A stretch of 64,000 bases of DNA from Chiloscyllium plagiosum (lineage: Eukaryota). This document shows, piece after piece, positions 1 to 12,591 of the stretch. The position numbers and the translations under genes were made by a program. Under the pieces are notes generated by a model. The model was not told where the DNA came from. It worked only from the letters and a program-made list of their open reading frames with translations, and searched no databases. Within the stretch, counting starts at the first letter, position 1; each line of letters starts with the position of its first letter. Location: the NCBI RefSeq assembly GCF_004010195.1, contig NC_057749.1, forward strand, positions 15,503,690 to 15,567,689. The letters run 5' to 3'.

Positions 1-302
1 GTGTGTGTGAAGTGTGAGTGTGAGAGAGGTGTGTGTGAGAGAGATGTGTGTGTGAGGTGTGTGTATATGTGTGTGTATGTGTGTGTGAGGTGTGTGTGTA
101 TGCGTGTATGTATGATGTGTGTTGAGGTGTGTGTGTGAGGTGTGTGTGCATATGCGTGTATGTGTATGTGTGTGTGTATGTGTATATGTATGTGTGTGTG
201 CGTATGTATGTGTGTGCGTATGTGTGTGTATGTGTGTGTGTGTGTGCGCATGTGTGTGTGTATGTGTGTGTGTGTATGTGTGTGTGTGTGTGTGTGCGCG
301 CG
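1..302. repeat. Degenerate (GT)n/(GTAT) microsatellite
   Basis: Continuous gt/gtat/gtgc dinucleotide tract; the C/V-rich ORFs here are translation artefacts. Confidence 0.95.
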
Positions 303-1061
303 CGAAGAAACAAAGAGCTAAAATATATAAAATGGATACAAGAAATTAACTTAAAAGTTACATTTTGGTAAAACCTACAGAAAGCTGCATTCTGCTCAGG
401 ACAAAGATCAGATTAGGTCAGTACAGGCCCGATGTTCATCACAGCAGTGTGAGATTGTTGAGAAAGATTCCACACTTTCCTTTTAATTCAAAAAAATCTT
501 TATCCATTAAAAAAACCTTCGAAAAAATACCTTGTCACAAATGCAGTTTAGTTCTGCATAGTAGCATATCAAGGGAACAAACAAGCCGGATCTGAAACGT
601 TAACTCTAATCTCTCTTCACAGATGCTGTGAGACCTGCTGAGCTTTTCCATCGACTTCTGATTTTGTTTCTGATTTACAGCATACTCAGTTCTTTCCGTT
701 ATTGTTAAACAAACATTTGAGTTTGACTCTAATCCAACAAACCAAAGGCATCTGTTCCACATTCAGGACACACACCTAAAAGCTACCTTTGTGGTTAAAG
801 CTAACACTGGGGCGCAAGGCTAGTTCAAATCTCCTAAAGTATTAGGCCCCCAAGTATTATTATCTTATTGAAAGCAGTATAATGAGCAAATAGATTGACC
901 AACATGACTGTACCCAGCCCTAGTTTTGCCAGAATAAGTTCAAAAATACGTTCTGGGAAATTGAATAAGCAATGAAATTACAATAGGAAGGCCTTCGCAG
1001 CTAAAGTGGGATAATGATTAGAGAATAATCTACTATTGATCGAATGACCTCCTCCACACTA

Positions 1062-1730
1062 CATTTGATTTGATTTGATTTGATTTATTTGTTGTCACAT
1101 GTACCTAAGTACAGTGAAAAGCTTTGTTTGTGAGCAGTATAGGCAGATCACAGCAAGCAAGGACATACAGATCGTAGGGTGAAAAAAAACTTGGACAGAG
1201 TAAGGCATACATGTTACACTGCACAGGACGTGCACGAGGCAAGATCAGCATTATTTATGTTAGAGAGGTCTGTTCATCGGTCTAATAAAGACAGGGTAGA
1301 TGCTGTGCTTGAACCTGTCTGTGCGTGTGTTCAAACATCTGTATTTTCTGCCTGATGGAGGAGATTGGAAGAGAGCATTACCAGGGTAGGAGGGGTCTTT
1401 GGTGATGTTGGCTGCCTTTCTGTGGTGACAAGAAGTGTAAGTAATGTCCATGGAGATGGGAGGCTTGCTTCCGTGATGGTCTGGGCAGTGCACACAACTT
1501 TCTGCAGTTTCTCATGGTCCTGGGCAGAGCAGTTGCCGTTATCAGGCTGTTACGCACCAAAATATTATGCTTTCTATGGTGCATCTGGAGAAATTGGCGA
1601 GGGTCCTTATGGACATGCCGAATTTTCTGAGCTGCCTGAGGAAGGAAAGGCATAGTTGTGCTTTCTTGACTGTCACATCTATGTGGGAAGTCTAGGACAG
1701 GTTGTCGGTTGTCATTGCTCCTAGGAACTT
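1062..1730 (-). mobile_element. Rex1/Babar-type non-LTR retrotransposon, 3' fragment
   Basis: Minus-strand peptide ...DPSYPGNALFQSPPSGRKYRCLNTRTDRFKHSIYPVFIRPMN resembles the Rex1/Babar ORF2 C-terminus; (TTTGA)n tail at ~1062-1087. Confidence 0.7.
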
Positions 1731-2118
1731 TTTAATTATGCAATATCTAAATTGCATTATATATATTTCATCATAACCTAAATAATCAGATTGCTCTGGA
1801 GAGAGATGTTAGTATCAATCATCTCCATTTCAGCTTCATTCTGAACCTAACAAATCTCACACGTTTGAAGGTCAAGGTCATATTAATTTGAAGTTTGATG
1901 GAATCTTTGCTTTCTTTTAAAGTCTTCTATTTGCATCAAGTAAAGATTAAAGATTAGATTCTCTCCTACAAATAAGAATCAGCTAACTATTCTCCTCAGC
2001 ATATTATATAGTTTGCAATTCATACTGTTTGTATAACCACCAACTGTCATTCTGACTTTTGATATTAAATTGATAGGTTTCATTAAAAATTAAACTGTCC
2101 CAGCTACTGTTTTGTAAA

Positions 2119-2499
2119 CTCATAGAGAGAGAGATGTACAGCACAGAGACAGATCCTTCGGTCCAACTCGTCCTTGCCGACCAGATATCCCATCCAGTCC
2201 AGTCCCACCAGCCAGTAACCAGCCCATATCCCTCCAAACCCTTCCTATTCATATACCCATCCCGACCCCAGGGAAAAGACTTTGTCTATTTATCCTATCC
2301 ATTAAATGTTGCAATTGTATCAGCCTCCACCACATCCCCTGGCAGCTCATTCCATACACGTACCAACCCTCTGCGTGAAAAGGTTGCCCCTTAGGTCTCT
2401 TTTATATCTTTCCCCTCTCACCCTAAACCTATGGCCTCTAGTCCTGGACTCCCCCACCCCAGGGAAAAGACTTTGAATATTTATCCTATCCATTAAATG
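2119..2499 (-). mobile_element. CR1 LINE 3' end (HER1-like), 5' truncated
   Basis: Same 3' UTR as other CR1 copies in the window (atgtacagcac...gacccttcggtccaac...ttcctattcatataccc). Confidence 0.85.
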
Positions 2500-3295
2500 A
2501 GGATTGAAATATTTTTGCACAAAGTTGCAATTATTCTCAATTCTTTAAACTTGTATCACCAAAGGTTATTCATTGTTGCACATGGGGACTCCACTTCAGC
2601 AGAGGTCAATGCTGCATTATCGAGAAAAATCGGAACTAATATGGACCTCCTGTCTGCTACTGTAATCAGTCATCACAGGTAGATTGTTGTTCAGATGGGG
2701 ACAAAATATTGCAGATGCTGTAAATCTGAAACAGGTACAAAGAATGCTGGAGAAACTCAGCAGATCCAGCAGTACCTGAGGTCTCTTCTTCTCTGTGTTT
2801 ATTCTTCAAATTGCCCTTGGATCTTAAATGATGTAGACTAGTCCCAATCAAATGTAACTTAATAATAGTTAAAAAAAAAAGTTATCCTCATTCAATGGTC
2901 TGGATAAATATTAAATCAGGTACAGAATGAATCTAGATTGAATCCTAACACAAGACTCTCAGTTTTCGTCAAATGAACAGATTCTTTACTCTTTTTGTTG
3001 GGGGAATGTTTTCTGAGGTGTTTCACTTGGACCCTAGCAGTATCTGGGAACATTACAATCAAGCTGATGTACAATTGTATTTTGGACTATCAAGAAGGGA
3101 ATAACACCCTTAATTGACTTTCTCCCAATCATCTGGGGATTAGTCAGGCTCCATGGGCCCAAATTAACAAAATCCTAGAGTCTAGCTCCCTCTGGCGGAA
3201 GCTGAGAGAACTTAGTTGAGAGACACTCCTCAGTCAAATAGCTCTGGGGAAGGTTGTACAATGGCAAAAAAAATTATATTTGTGTATATTTAATC

Positions 3296-3602
3296 AGCGC
3301 GTGTACCTGCGTGCATTCACGTGGTGTGCATATGTGAGTATATGTGTGTGCCCAGGTATGTGTGCGTGTGTACAAATGTGTATGGGAGTCCATGTGCTTC
3401 TGTGTATGTTGAGAATGTGTGTGTATGTGTGTTTATTTGTGTGTGAAAACGTGTGTTAAAAAGTGTGTATGAGAAATGTTGTGTCTGTGTGTGTTTTTGA
3501 GAAAGCGTGTGTGTGTGTATGTGTGTGCGTGTTTGTGTGTGAGAGAAAGTGTGCATGTGTTTGTGTACATGCACACGGGTGTCTGTGTGCATATGCATGT
3601 AC
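3296..3602. repeat. Degenerate GT-rich low-complexity tract
   Basis: Interrupted (gt)n; H/T-rich ORFs are artefacts. Confidence 0.85.
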
Positions 3603-3605
3603 GCT

Positions 3606-3780
3606 GGGGACTGGTTAGCTCAGTTGGCTGCACAGCTGGTATGTAATGCCAACAGCATGGATTTGATTGGCACACTGGCTGAGGTCACCATCAGCACTCT
3701 CTTTCTCAACCTCTCCCCTCGCCTGAGATGTGGTGACCCTCAGGTTAACCCATCCCCCAGTCATCTCTCCCTAATGAGTG
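3606..3780 (+). mobile_element. tRNA-derived SINE (family also at 23280)
   Basis: A-box-like tggttagctcagttgg head; body ctggctgaggtcaccat...ctcaggttaa...cagtcatctctc..taatgag shared with 23280-23466. Confidence 0.65.
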
Positions 3781-4737
3781 ACTTTATTTTTGACCTCTGC
3801 ATGTGTGTCAGTTTGATCTTTAACTGATGGCAGGACCAGTTGCAGCTCCCTCCAACAGAGATTACCCACCGACAACAAAAAAACTCACTCTTATAGCTCA
3901 GAGGAAATGAATGACCATTTGGGTGAATTGCCCAAAAGTTATAATATGAAATTAATTTCAAATCTCATCTCAGTGGAACTCAGTTTAAGGAAAGGTAAAG
4001 AGGGAACTAGTCAAGAAAGGGTCCTGTAACACAGGACTGTGGCAATAATAATGTGCAGATTAAATTTCAGAGAATCATAGACACAGGCCATTTGGCCCAT
4101 TGTGCTTATGTCTGCTCATTGAAAAATGCTTGCAATCAGTTGCCTTCATCTTCTCTTTCCCAAAAGCTCTGCAATGTTTCCTTTTCTAATAGAGTGGCAA
4201 CCATCTTCACTGTCCTCCCCACTTTCAAATCATGCTTTTGAGATCATGACGATTTGCTGATTCAAAGAATTTCTCCTGTTTTATCTCCCCTCAGAAGCAT
4301 TCCAAAAGACAATGCTTCAGCATTTCATATTTGCAACATTTCTAAAAAGATGGTAAAATATCTCTCTAAAAGCTAGAATCTTGCTAAATGAGTTTGTAAA
4401 GTTCATCTAATCTGTTCCTAAAGGTCATTGTTGAACTGTACAGGGAATTGCTAAACGCCCACGTCTAATTGCGAGGGGCATTTTAGATTAAAATCGGGGC
4501 TGATTTATCAGTGCAATAAGACGACTGATGTGCTACTTTCTTCATGTGAGCCTGGGGCACAGAATCATTATTGAATCAGATAGCAACTTTGGCAGAGATC
4601 GATATAATTAACACTGAGTTAGAGGAACTGCTGCCAAAACTCAGATTGGATGTGACGGAAGTCACAGTAGGCCCAACTAAACCCAAATGATTTTGTTACC
4701 TCGGTACCACATTTAATTAATTCTGCCCACAACAGGT

Positions 4738-5808
4738 ATTGTGGCTACAAAAGCAAGCCAAAGGCTAGGAATCTTGTGGCAAGTAACTCACCTCCTGACT
4801 CCCTAAAACCTGTCAGAGGAAGTGAGGACTGCAGATGCTGGAGAGTCACAATCGAAAACTGTAGCGCTGGAAAAAGCGCTGGAGAAAGGACATTCCTGAT
4901 GAAGGGCTTATGCCCGAAACATCGACTCTCCCGTTCCTCGGATGCTGCCTGACTTGATGTGCTTTTTCCAGTGCTTTTGTCCCTAAAGCCTGTCCACCAT
5001 CGACAAGGCTCAAGTCAGGAGTGGGATGTAATACTCCCCACTTGCCTGGATGGGTGCAGCTCCAACAACACTCAAGAAGCTTGACACCATCCAGGACAAA
5101 GCAGCCCGCTTGATTGGCACCAAATCCACAAGCATCCACTCCCTTCACCACCGATGCTCAGTAGCAGAAATTCAAAATGGTGATGTTCTGGAGGGACGTA
5201 GGCCTGAGTTATATTCAGTATTCTCAATCTGTGCACAAACTGTGAGTGCTGTTTTAAAACTGCAATTCCAAACACAGGCTAGAAAGTAGTGGACGCAAAT
5301 GTCAGAGACAACAAGCTGAGAGAATAGAGTGATCTGAGCAACGTCCACAAACCTGAACTTCTAAATTTGAGAACTCTTTGACCCATCATCCCGAAAGATG
5401 GAACTATAAACCTGTTTGTAAAACTGACCAAATGCTAAATAAAAATCTGTTCTATCTACAAGGTGCACGGCAGAAATTCACCAAAGATCCTCAAATAGCA
5501 CCTTCCAAACCTCCACCACTTCCACCTAGAAAGAGAAGGGCAGCAGATACATGGGAACACCACCTCCTCCAATAGCCCTGCCAAGCCACTCATCATTCTG
5601 ACTTGGAAATATATCCCCGTTCCTTCAGTGTTGCTGGGTCAAAATCCTGGATCTCCCACCCTAATGGCATTGTGGGTCTACCTTCAACACATAGACTGTA
5701 GCAAATCAAGAGGCAGCTCATCACCACCTTCAAAAGGGGCAACTGGAGATGGGCAATAAACTCTAGCCAACCAGTGATGTCCACATCCTGTAAATGAGTG
5801 AAATAAAA
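4738..5808 (+). mobile_element. Old non-LTR LINE family (CR1/L2-group, unresolved), 3' part, interrupted twice
   Basis: Peptide AAPTTLKKLDTIQDKAARLIG; 3' UTR ...cacctt.aagggcaact.g.gatgggcaataaa; homologous copies at 15.7, 30.7, 42.4, 45.2, 45.9-47.1 and 55.4-57.8 kb. Confidence 0.75.
4815..4979. mobile_element. Penelope-derived partially palindromic mini-insertion with hammerhead-like motif
   Basis: Flanked by 15-bp TSD tccctaaa(a/g)cctgtc (4800-4814 / 4980-4994, 1 mismatch); arms match the 3' end of the Penelope element at 37700-39278; CTGATGA-AGGGC-ttat-GCCC-GAAA from 4896. Confidence 0.8.
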
Positions 5809-6630
5809 TCTCCCTTGTGCAGTCCAAATTAAGTGACTCAGCTGATATGGTGGAGCAGGAGCTTGGTCCTGTCCCACTGTTTATCACTTTTACCATTTAT
5901 CAATGTCATGTTGGCACATTGTGGCATTTCAATAGACAATAGACAATAGATGCAGGAGTAGGCCATTCTGCCCTTCGAGCCAGCACCACCATTCATTATG
6001 ATCATGGCTGATCATCCTCAATCAGTATCCTGTTCCTGCCTTATCCCCATGACCCTTGATTCCACTATCCTTAAAAGCTCTATCCAACTCTTTCTTGAAA
6101 GTATCCAGAGACTTGGCTTCCACAGCCTTCTGGGGCAGAGCATTCCATACACCCACCACTCTCTGGGTGAAGAAGTTTCTCCTCAACTCTGTTCTAAGTG
6201 GCCTCCTCCTTATTTTTAAACTGTGTCCTCTGGTTCAGGACTCATCCATTAGCAGAAACATGCTACCTGCCTCCAGAGTGTCCAATCCTTGAATAATCTT
6301 ATGCATCTCAATTAGATCCCCTCTCAGCCTTCTAAACTCAAGGGTATACAAGCCCAGTCGCTCCAATCTTTCAGCATAAGATAGTCCCGCCATTCCAGGA
6401 ATTGACCTCATGAACTTACGCTGCACTCCCTCAATAGCCAGAATGTCTTTCCTCAAATTTGGAGACCAAAACTGCACACAATATTCCAGGTGCGGTCTCA
6501 CCAGGGCCCTGTGCAGCTGTAGAAGGACCTCTTTGCTTCTATTCTGAATTCCTCTTGTTATGAAGGCCAGCATGCTATTAGCTTTCTTCACTGCTTGCTG
6601 TACCTGCATGCTTACCTTCATTGACTGATG

Positions 6631-6888
6631 AGGAGAAAGTGAGGACTGCAGATGCTGGAGATCAGAGCTGAAAAATGTGTTGCTGGAAAAGCGCAGCAGG
6701 TCAGGCAGCATCCAAGGAGCAGGAGAGTCGATGTTTCGGGCATAAGCCCTTCTTCAGGAAGGGCTTATCTTAGCCTGCTTGGCACACCCTCCTCATTCCT
6801 GAAGAAGGGCTTATGCCCGAAACATCGATTCTCCTGCTCGTTGGATGCTGCCTGACCTGCTGCGCTTTTCCAGCAACATTTTTCAGCT
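6631..6888. mobile_element. Penelope-derived palindromic insertion inside CR1 ORF2
   Basis: 15-bp TSD cttcattgactgatg at 6616-6630 and 6889-6903; ~95-bp inverted arms, each with a hammerhead-like core (minus ~6726-6760, plus ~6795-6830). Confidence 0.88.
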
Positions 6889-7345
6889 CTTCATTGACTG
6901 ATGTACAAGAACCCCTAGATCTCGTTGTACTGCCCCTTTACCTAACTTGACTCCATTTAGATAGTAATCTGCCTTCCTGTTCTTGCCACCAAAGTGGATA
7001 ACCATACATTTATCCACATTAAACTGCATCTGTCATGCATCCGTCCACTCACCTAGCTTGTCCAGGTCACCCTGTATTCTCCTAGCATCCTCCTCATATT
7101 TCACCCTGCCACTCAACTTTGTGTCATCTGCAAATTTGCTAATATTACTTTTAATACCTTCATCTATATCATTAATGTACGTTGTAAAAAGCTGCGGTCC
7201 CAGCACAGATCCCTGCGGTACCCCGCTGGTCACTGCCTGCCATTCCGAAAGGGAGCTGGTTATTACTACTCTTTGTTTCCTATCAGCCAACCAACTTTCA
7301 ATCCAAGTCAGTACTTTGCCCCCAATACCATTCGCCCTAATTTTG

Positions 7346-7944
7346 NNNNNNNNNNNNNNNNNNNNNNNNNNNNNNNNNNNNNNNNNNNNNNNNNNNNNNN
7401 NNNNNNNNNNNNNNNNNNNNNNNNNNNNNNNNNNNNNNNNNNNNNNNNNNNNNNNNNNNNNNNNNNNNNNNNNNNNNNNNNNNNNNNNNNNNNNNNNNNN
7501 NNNNNNNNNNNNNNNNNNNNNNNNNNNNNNNNNNNNNNNNNNNNNNNNNNNNNNNNNNNNNNNNNNNNNNNNNNNNNNNNNNNNNNNNNNNNNNNNNNNN
7601 NNNNNNNNNNNNNNNNNNNNNNNNNNNNNNNNNNNNNNNNNNNNNNNNNNNNNNNNNNNNNNNNNNNNNNNNNNNNNNNNNNNNNNNNNNNNNNNNNNNN
7701 NNNNNNNNNNNNNNNNNNNNNNNNNNNNNNNNNNNNNNNNNNNNNNNNNNNNNNNNNNNNNNNNNNNNNNNNNNNNNNNNNNNNNNNNNNNNNNNNNNNN
7801 NNNNNNNNNNNNNNNNNNNNNNNNNNNNNNNNNNNNNNNNNNNNNNNNNNNNNNNNNNNNNNNNNNNNNNNNNNNNNNNNNNNNNNNNNNNNNNNNNNNN
7901 NNNNNNNNNNNNNNNNNNNNNNNNNNNNNNNNNNNNNNNNNNNN
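7346..7944. other. Assembly gap (599 N)
   Basis: Run of n. Confidence 1.
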
Positions 7945-9634
7945 ATGGTCCTTAACTTCCCTCGTCAGCCATGGCCATCCCTGCCTCCCCTTAGGATCTT
8001 TCTTCCTTTTTGGAATGAACTGATCCTGCACCTTCTGCATTATACCCAGAAATACCTGCCATTGTTGTTCCACTGTCATCCCTGCTAGGGTATTGTACCA
8101 TGGAACTTTGGCCAGCTCCTCCCTCATTGCTCCATAGTTCCCCTTATTCAAATGAAATATTGTCACTTCTGATTCTGCCCCATCCCTTTCAAACTGCAAA
8201 TTAAAGCCTATTGTATTGTGGTCACTACCTCCTAATGGCTCCTTTACTTTGAGGTCCCTGATCAAATCCAGTTTGTTGCACAACACCAGATCCAGAATTG
8301 CTTTCTCCCTGGTAGGCTCCAGCATAAGCTGTTCTAAGAATCCATCTCAGAGACACTTCACAAACCCCCTTTCTTGGGGTCCAGTACCTTCCTGATTCTT
8401 CCAGTCTACGTGCATGTTGAAATCCCCCATAACAACTGTAGAAATATCTTTGCGACAGGCCAATTTCAGCTCTTTATTCAACTTACACACTACATCCAGT
8501 CTACTGTTTGGGGGTCTTTCTACCCTTAGAATTTCTCAGCTCTGTCCATACTGACTCTGCTTCCCCTGATTCTACATCCTCCTGCGCAAGGGACTGAATA
8601 TCATTCCTTACCAACAGGGACACCCCACCCCCTCTGCCAGTCAGTCGGTCCTTACAATAGCATGTATAGCCTTGAATATTCATTTCCCAGGCCCTGTCCA
8701 CTTGAAGCCACGTCTCAGTTATCCCCAAACATTGTAACTGCCAATTTCCAAATGAGCCTCAAGCTCATCACCTTGTTTCTAATGCTTCGTGCATTCGTAT
8801 ATAATATTTTAAATTTGTTACTCCCCTCACTCTTCCTATCAATCCTTATTTCACTTGACCTTATGGCATGATCCTTTTTTGAGTTTTCTGTTCCATTGAT
8901 TCCGTTGTCTTTCTTGACTTCTCTTGTTCTAACTTTCCCTTTAACTTCCTTCTTTAACTTCCAGTTTGTCCCCTCCCCCCCCCCCACTATTTAGTTTAAA
9001 TGCAGCTGTGTTGCAGTGGCAAACCTACCTGCCAGAATGCTGGTTCCCACCTATTAAGGTGCAACACGTTCCTCTTGTATAATTTATCCTTAATGCTAAA
9101 CATACCCCAGTGATCCAAGAATTTAAATCCTGCACCAGTTCCCCAGCCACACATTCAAGTCCATTATCTCCCTGTTCCTGTCCTCTCCAGCCCGAGGAAC
9201 TGGAAGCAAACCAGAGATAACCACCCTGGATGTCCTGCTTTTCAGCCTTCTTCCGAGTTCTCGGAAGTCCCACTGTAGAATGTCCCTCCTCTTCTTCCCG
9301 ATGTCATTTGTGCCGACATGTACCAGCACCTCTGGCTCTTCACCTTCACCCTTGAGAATTTCCTGCACTCTGTCTGCGATGCCCTTAATCCTGGCACCAG
9401 GAAGGCAACACACCATCCTCAAATCCCACCTGTTGCCGCAAAAAACCCCTTTCAATCCCTCTCACTATGGAGTCCAGAGTGACTTTATCAAATTAGAGGA
9501 AGCTTTGTGCTTTGAATTGACATTCAATTAGCTGAGGTTAACCAATCTGATGTCACATGGGATATAAAAATGATTGAAGGCTTTGAACCATCATATAATA
9601 CTCCAGTTATCAGTGTGAACTTTAACAGAGGGTG

Positions 9635-9960
9635 GAGCACAATCATCTCAGCTGACATTCCAGCACATGCATGATGGGAATGTTGTCTTTCTGGTGAGAT
9701 GGCAAACTCTCTGGCCAATGAATGACCACTAATTTGAAAGAATGAGCATACACATTCCTCCTTGAAGTTCCAGGCCAATTAGTTTCACTAAAACAGATGA
9801 TTTTGTTGTTGTCACATTGCTGTTTTGATGGAATCTTGCTGTCCACCAGTCAGGTGACACATTTCTTACGTTGTAGTTGGGACTACATTTTAAAAGAATT
9901 TAGTTGTGAGTAATTTGTGATATCCTGAGGTTGTAAAAGGCATGACTTAAAGACAAAGTA
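9635..9960 (+). mobile_element. Degenerate DeuSINE (SacSINE1/AmnSINE1-like)
   Basis: actaaaacagatgatt...tcacattgctgtt...gactacatttt.aaa..cctgaggttgtaaaaggc resembles the Deu domain and tail as I recall it. Confidence 0.55.
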
Positions 9961-11559
9961 ATTTGTTCTCTGTTGTTCAGTGAGGAAGCTAACATGGTTC
10001 ACGAAAGTTGGATAAATTCTAAGATGTGACAATATTAATAAACTGACTATATATATATGTGTGTGAATGTCCCTTACCTATGAAATGCTTTAAGGTGTTA
10101 TTACTGAATGGCTAACTAAGATCCCACTGCAAAACTTTAGCCAGTTACACATACAGCCAGCCAACCTGTCTCTGGCCTGCGCTACAATCCATTTTAGATC
10201 GTCACATTTCAACAATTCGGAATGCAGGTGAAATCATTTGTCTTCTAAATAATTGTATTTGATTTGTGCAGCTTGGAGAAAAAACGTGACCTTTGCAAGC
10301 TCCTTGAAGGCACAATAATAATGTCATTTTCAAGCTTCTGATGTTTGAGTAAGTCTTAAACGGCTCACAGCTAAGCTGAGCTGTCTGCCCTCACTGATGT
10401 GTGTACTTGTGACCAGTGACATGTGCGGCTTGTCCTCACATGCTAGACGGATTTCCACGTTGTCAAAAAAGTTTGAAGGCACAAACAGCCCTGGTTTTCA
10501 ACACGTAAATTTGCAACGTCCCTCTGGAGTGACCCGCACAAGCCACAAAGTTGTTCCAAATTGGCAGTGCAATTGGCAGCCCAACACCTTCCCAGGGGCT
10601 TTCCGGGATGGGCAGTAAATACCGATATTTGTGAGAATCAATAATTCAATAAAACAGCAGACTGTCTTGGTATGGTCGAATCTTATCTCAGCAACTATCA
10701 GCTCAGGGAGGAAGGAAGCAAATAAAAAGAAAGGGAGATTAAAATGCAATAAGGTTGAATTACTTAGATTACAAGTCTAAGCAATTTCATTCCATGTGCT
10801 GTATCCCTCTTAACGATGACAATGCCCGAATCTTAGACCATCGGGATAAGAGTTTTCAATCAGTTTCAAAAGACACTGGGTTATGACGCAGCCCCTGCCA
10901 AATAATTACATTATGTAACAAAAGAAGGTGAAAGAGCACTTACTCTTCCAATTGGTGCTTGATTATCTTCTCAAAAACAAATTGTTTGGAGATTCCTAGC
11001 CATTAATTTCAGGAAATTGCTGTACCTCTATATTGCTTATTGTCAAGCAACAGTCATTGAAATGCATGAGGAACATCAACTTGAAATCAAAGTGTTGTTG
11101 TGTTCAGCAGTATAAGGGCTCCTTATAAAGACTTTGGATGACAGCCTTAAACAACTCACATCAAATACTATCCACTTAATTTGCTGAGACGAAGGGGTGA
11201 CCTCCTCAGGTCTTTTAAAACATTGAAAGGGTTCGATAGATCAGACACAGAGAGAATGCTTCCACTTCTGTAAGGTCAACAGTGAAGGGCCAAGCATGCA
11301 AGTCAGGGGGAAGAAGTAAGGCTATTTGGCCCATCAAGTTTCCCCTTGCAATTCAATAGAAATAGGACTGTACTGGTTCTTTGGCAAAGCTATCCAAATG
11401 GCCCCATGCATTCCCTGCTCTTTCTAAGTAGCTAGGTTTGAGAGTCCACCACCCATTTGTGTGACTAGATCAGCAACAACATGTCCAGTATGCTTGGTGC
11501 ACTCCACTGGGATTGCACCACTGTTATGTTGAAATTCAAGGCTATGATTTTGTGCCAGC

Positions 11560-11880
11560 AATCGAACAGATGAGGATGAGGATTACACAGGTTCAAGTCC
11601 CGCCAGGGCTGCTTGTGAAATTCATATCCAATTGAAAAACCAGGCATTGAATGGTAGTCTCAGCAATAGTGACATTGAAACTATCGTAAGTTGTTGCTTA
11701 TAACCTATCCGATTCTGTAATGCAGTTAAGGGTGGGAAATCTGCAGTCATGACCTGATCTGGCCTACACGTGACTCCAGACCCACAGCAATCTGATTGAT
11801 TCTTAATTGTCCTCTGAAATGGTCGGGTCAGATACTCAGTTCAAAGACAGTTTGGAATGAGCAGAGAATGCCAGCGTTGT
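11560..11880 (+). mobile_element. tRNA-derived SINE carrying the old-LINE 3' tail
   Basis: ggttcaagtccc B-box; tggcctacacgtgactccagacccacagcaat body shared with 35322-35885 and 23672-23998. Confidence 0.65.
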
Positions 11881-12380
11881 TAACACAACGCAGGTAGAAA
11901 GAAAAGAGTTCATCCTCTTGGGATCATGCTGTACTTGCATTGTCTGCTGTGTTTGTCCACATTACAACAATGATTACATTTACATTTTCACTGCCTCTGA
12001 AGCACTTGTGAAAAGTAAGGTATTAAGTCAAAATAAATTCTCTCAGTCTTCACTTTCAGTGCAGCTGAGCATGTTCCATGGATGGATTTATAAATTTAAC
12101 CCGACAGTTTTATTCCTTCTCCCATGAGACGTGTGATGCTGTTATTCTAGCTCATGAATAAAACTACAATCAGCCATGTGCCATTTGAAGAATATTGTTC
12201 TATTATTGCTCCAGACAACATTATTGTCCTCACAGGTTGATTTAATGTGTGTGACACTGCATGTTTCAAATCAAACATTCTTAACTCTCCAATGTCCACA
12301 CCACCAGCTGGTGGTGGCACAACTGGACCTGCTGAGCAATGTGGCCGTACTTCTGTTTAATGGTGAATTGCTTTGCTTTC

Positions 12381-12591
12381 TGTAGTGATTGTAACAAGGT
12401 CAGCTCGGTGAGTTCCCTGACTGGGGCTGTTAATCTGGTCCAATCAGGGAGCCCTGGCTGATTGATATAAACAGGAGTGTCAGAGGTTCAGCTCACTCTG
12501 AGAGCTGGCTCTGAGGGAGCTGGATCAGGGTCAAGGACTCCTCACTTGAAAATAAAGGGTGACTCGGGGATGGGATACCGGAATTATTTCA
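12381..12591 (+). repeat. 5' LTR of the Gypsy element
   Basis: tgtagtgattgtaac...ccaatcagggagccctggct...aataaa...attatttca; homologous to four solo LTRs elsewhere in the window. Confidence 0.85.

Larger units (their letters stand above)
5930..9450 (-). mobile_element. CR1 LINE, near full length: ORF1 esterase + ORF2 APE endonuclease/RT + 3' tandem tail
   Basis: ORF1 VCCLPGARI...VHVGTNDIG (SGNH esterase); ORF2 LYTNARSIRNK, GITETWL, PTREKAILDLVL, GVPQGSVLGP, FADDTK, LVRPHLEYCVQFWSP; tail (aatagac)n at 5930-5950; frameshifts present. Confidence 0.93.

Noticed and set aside
119..371. Cys/Val-rich ORFs (also 3317-3675 and 49620-49913)
   Set aside because: Translations of GT/AC microsatellites
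6983..8325. Long ORFs of 270-430 aa (also 32697-33905)
   Set aside because: Length is due to N runs; the real parts are CR1 ORF2
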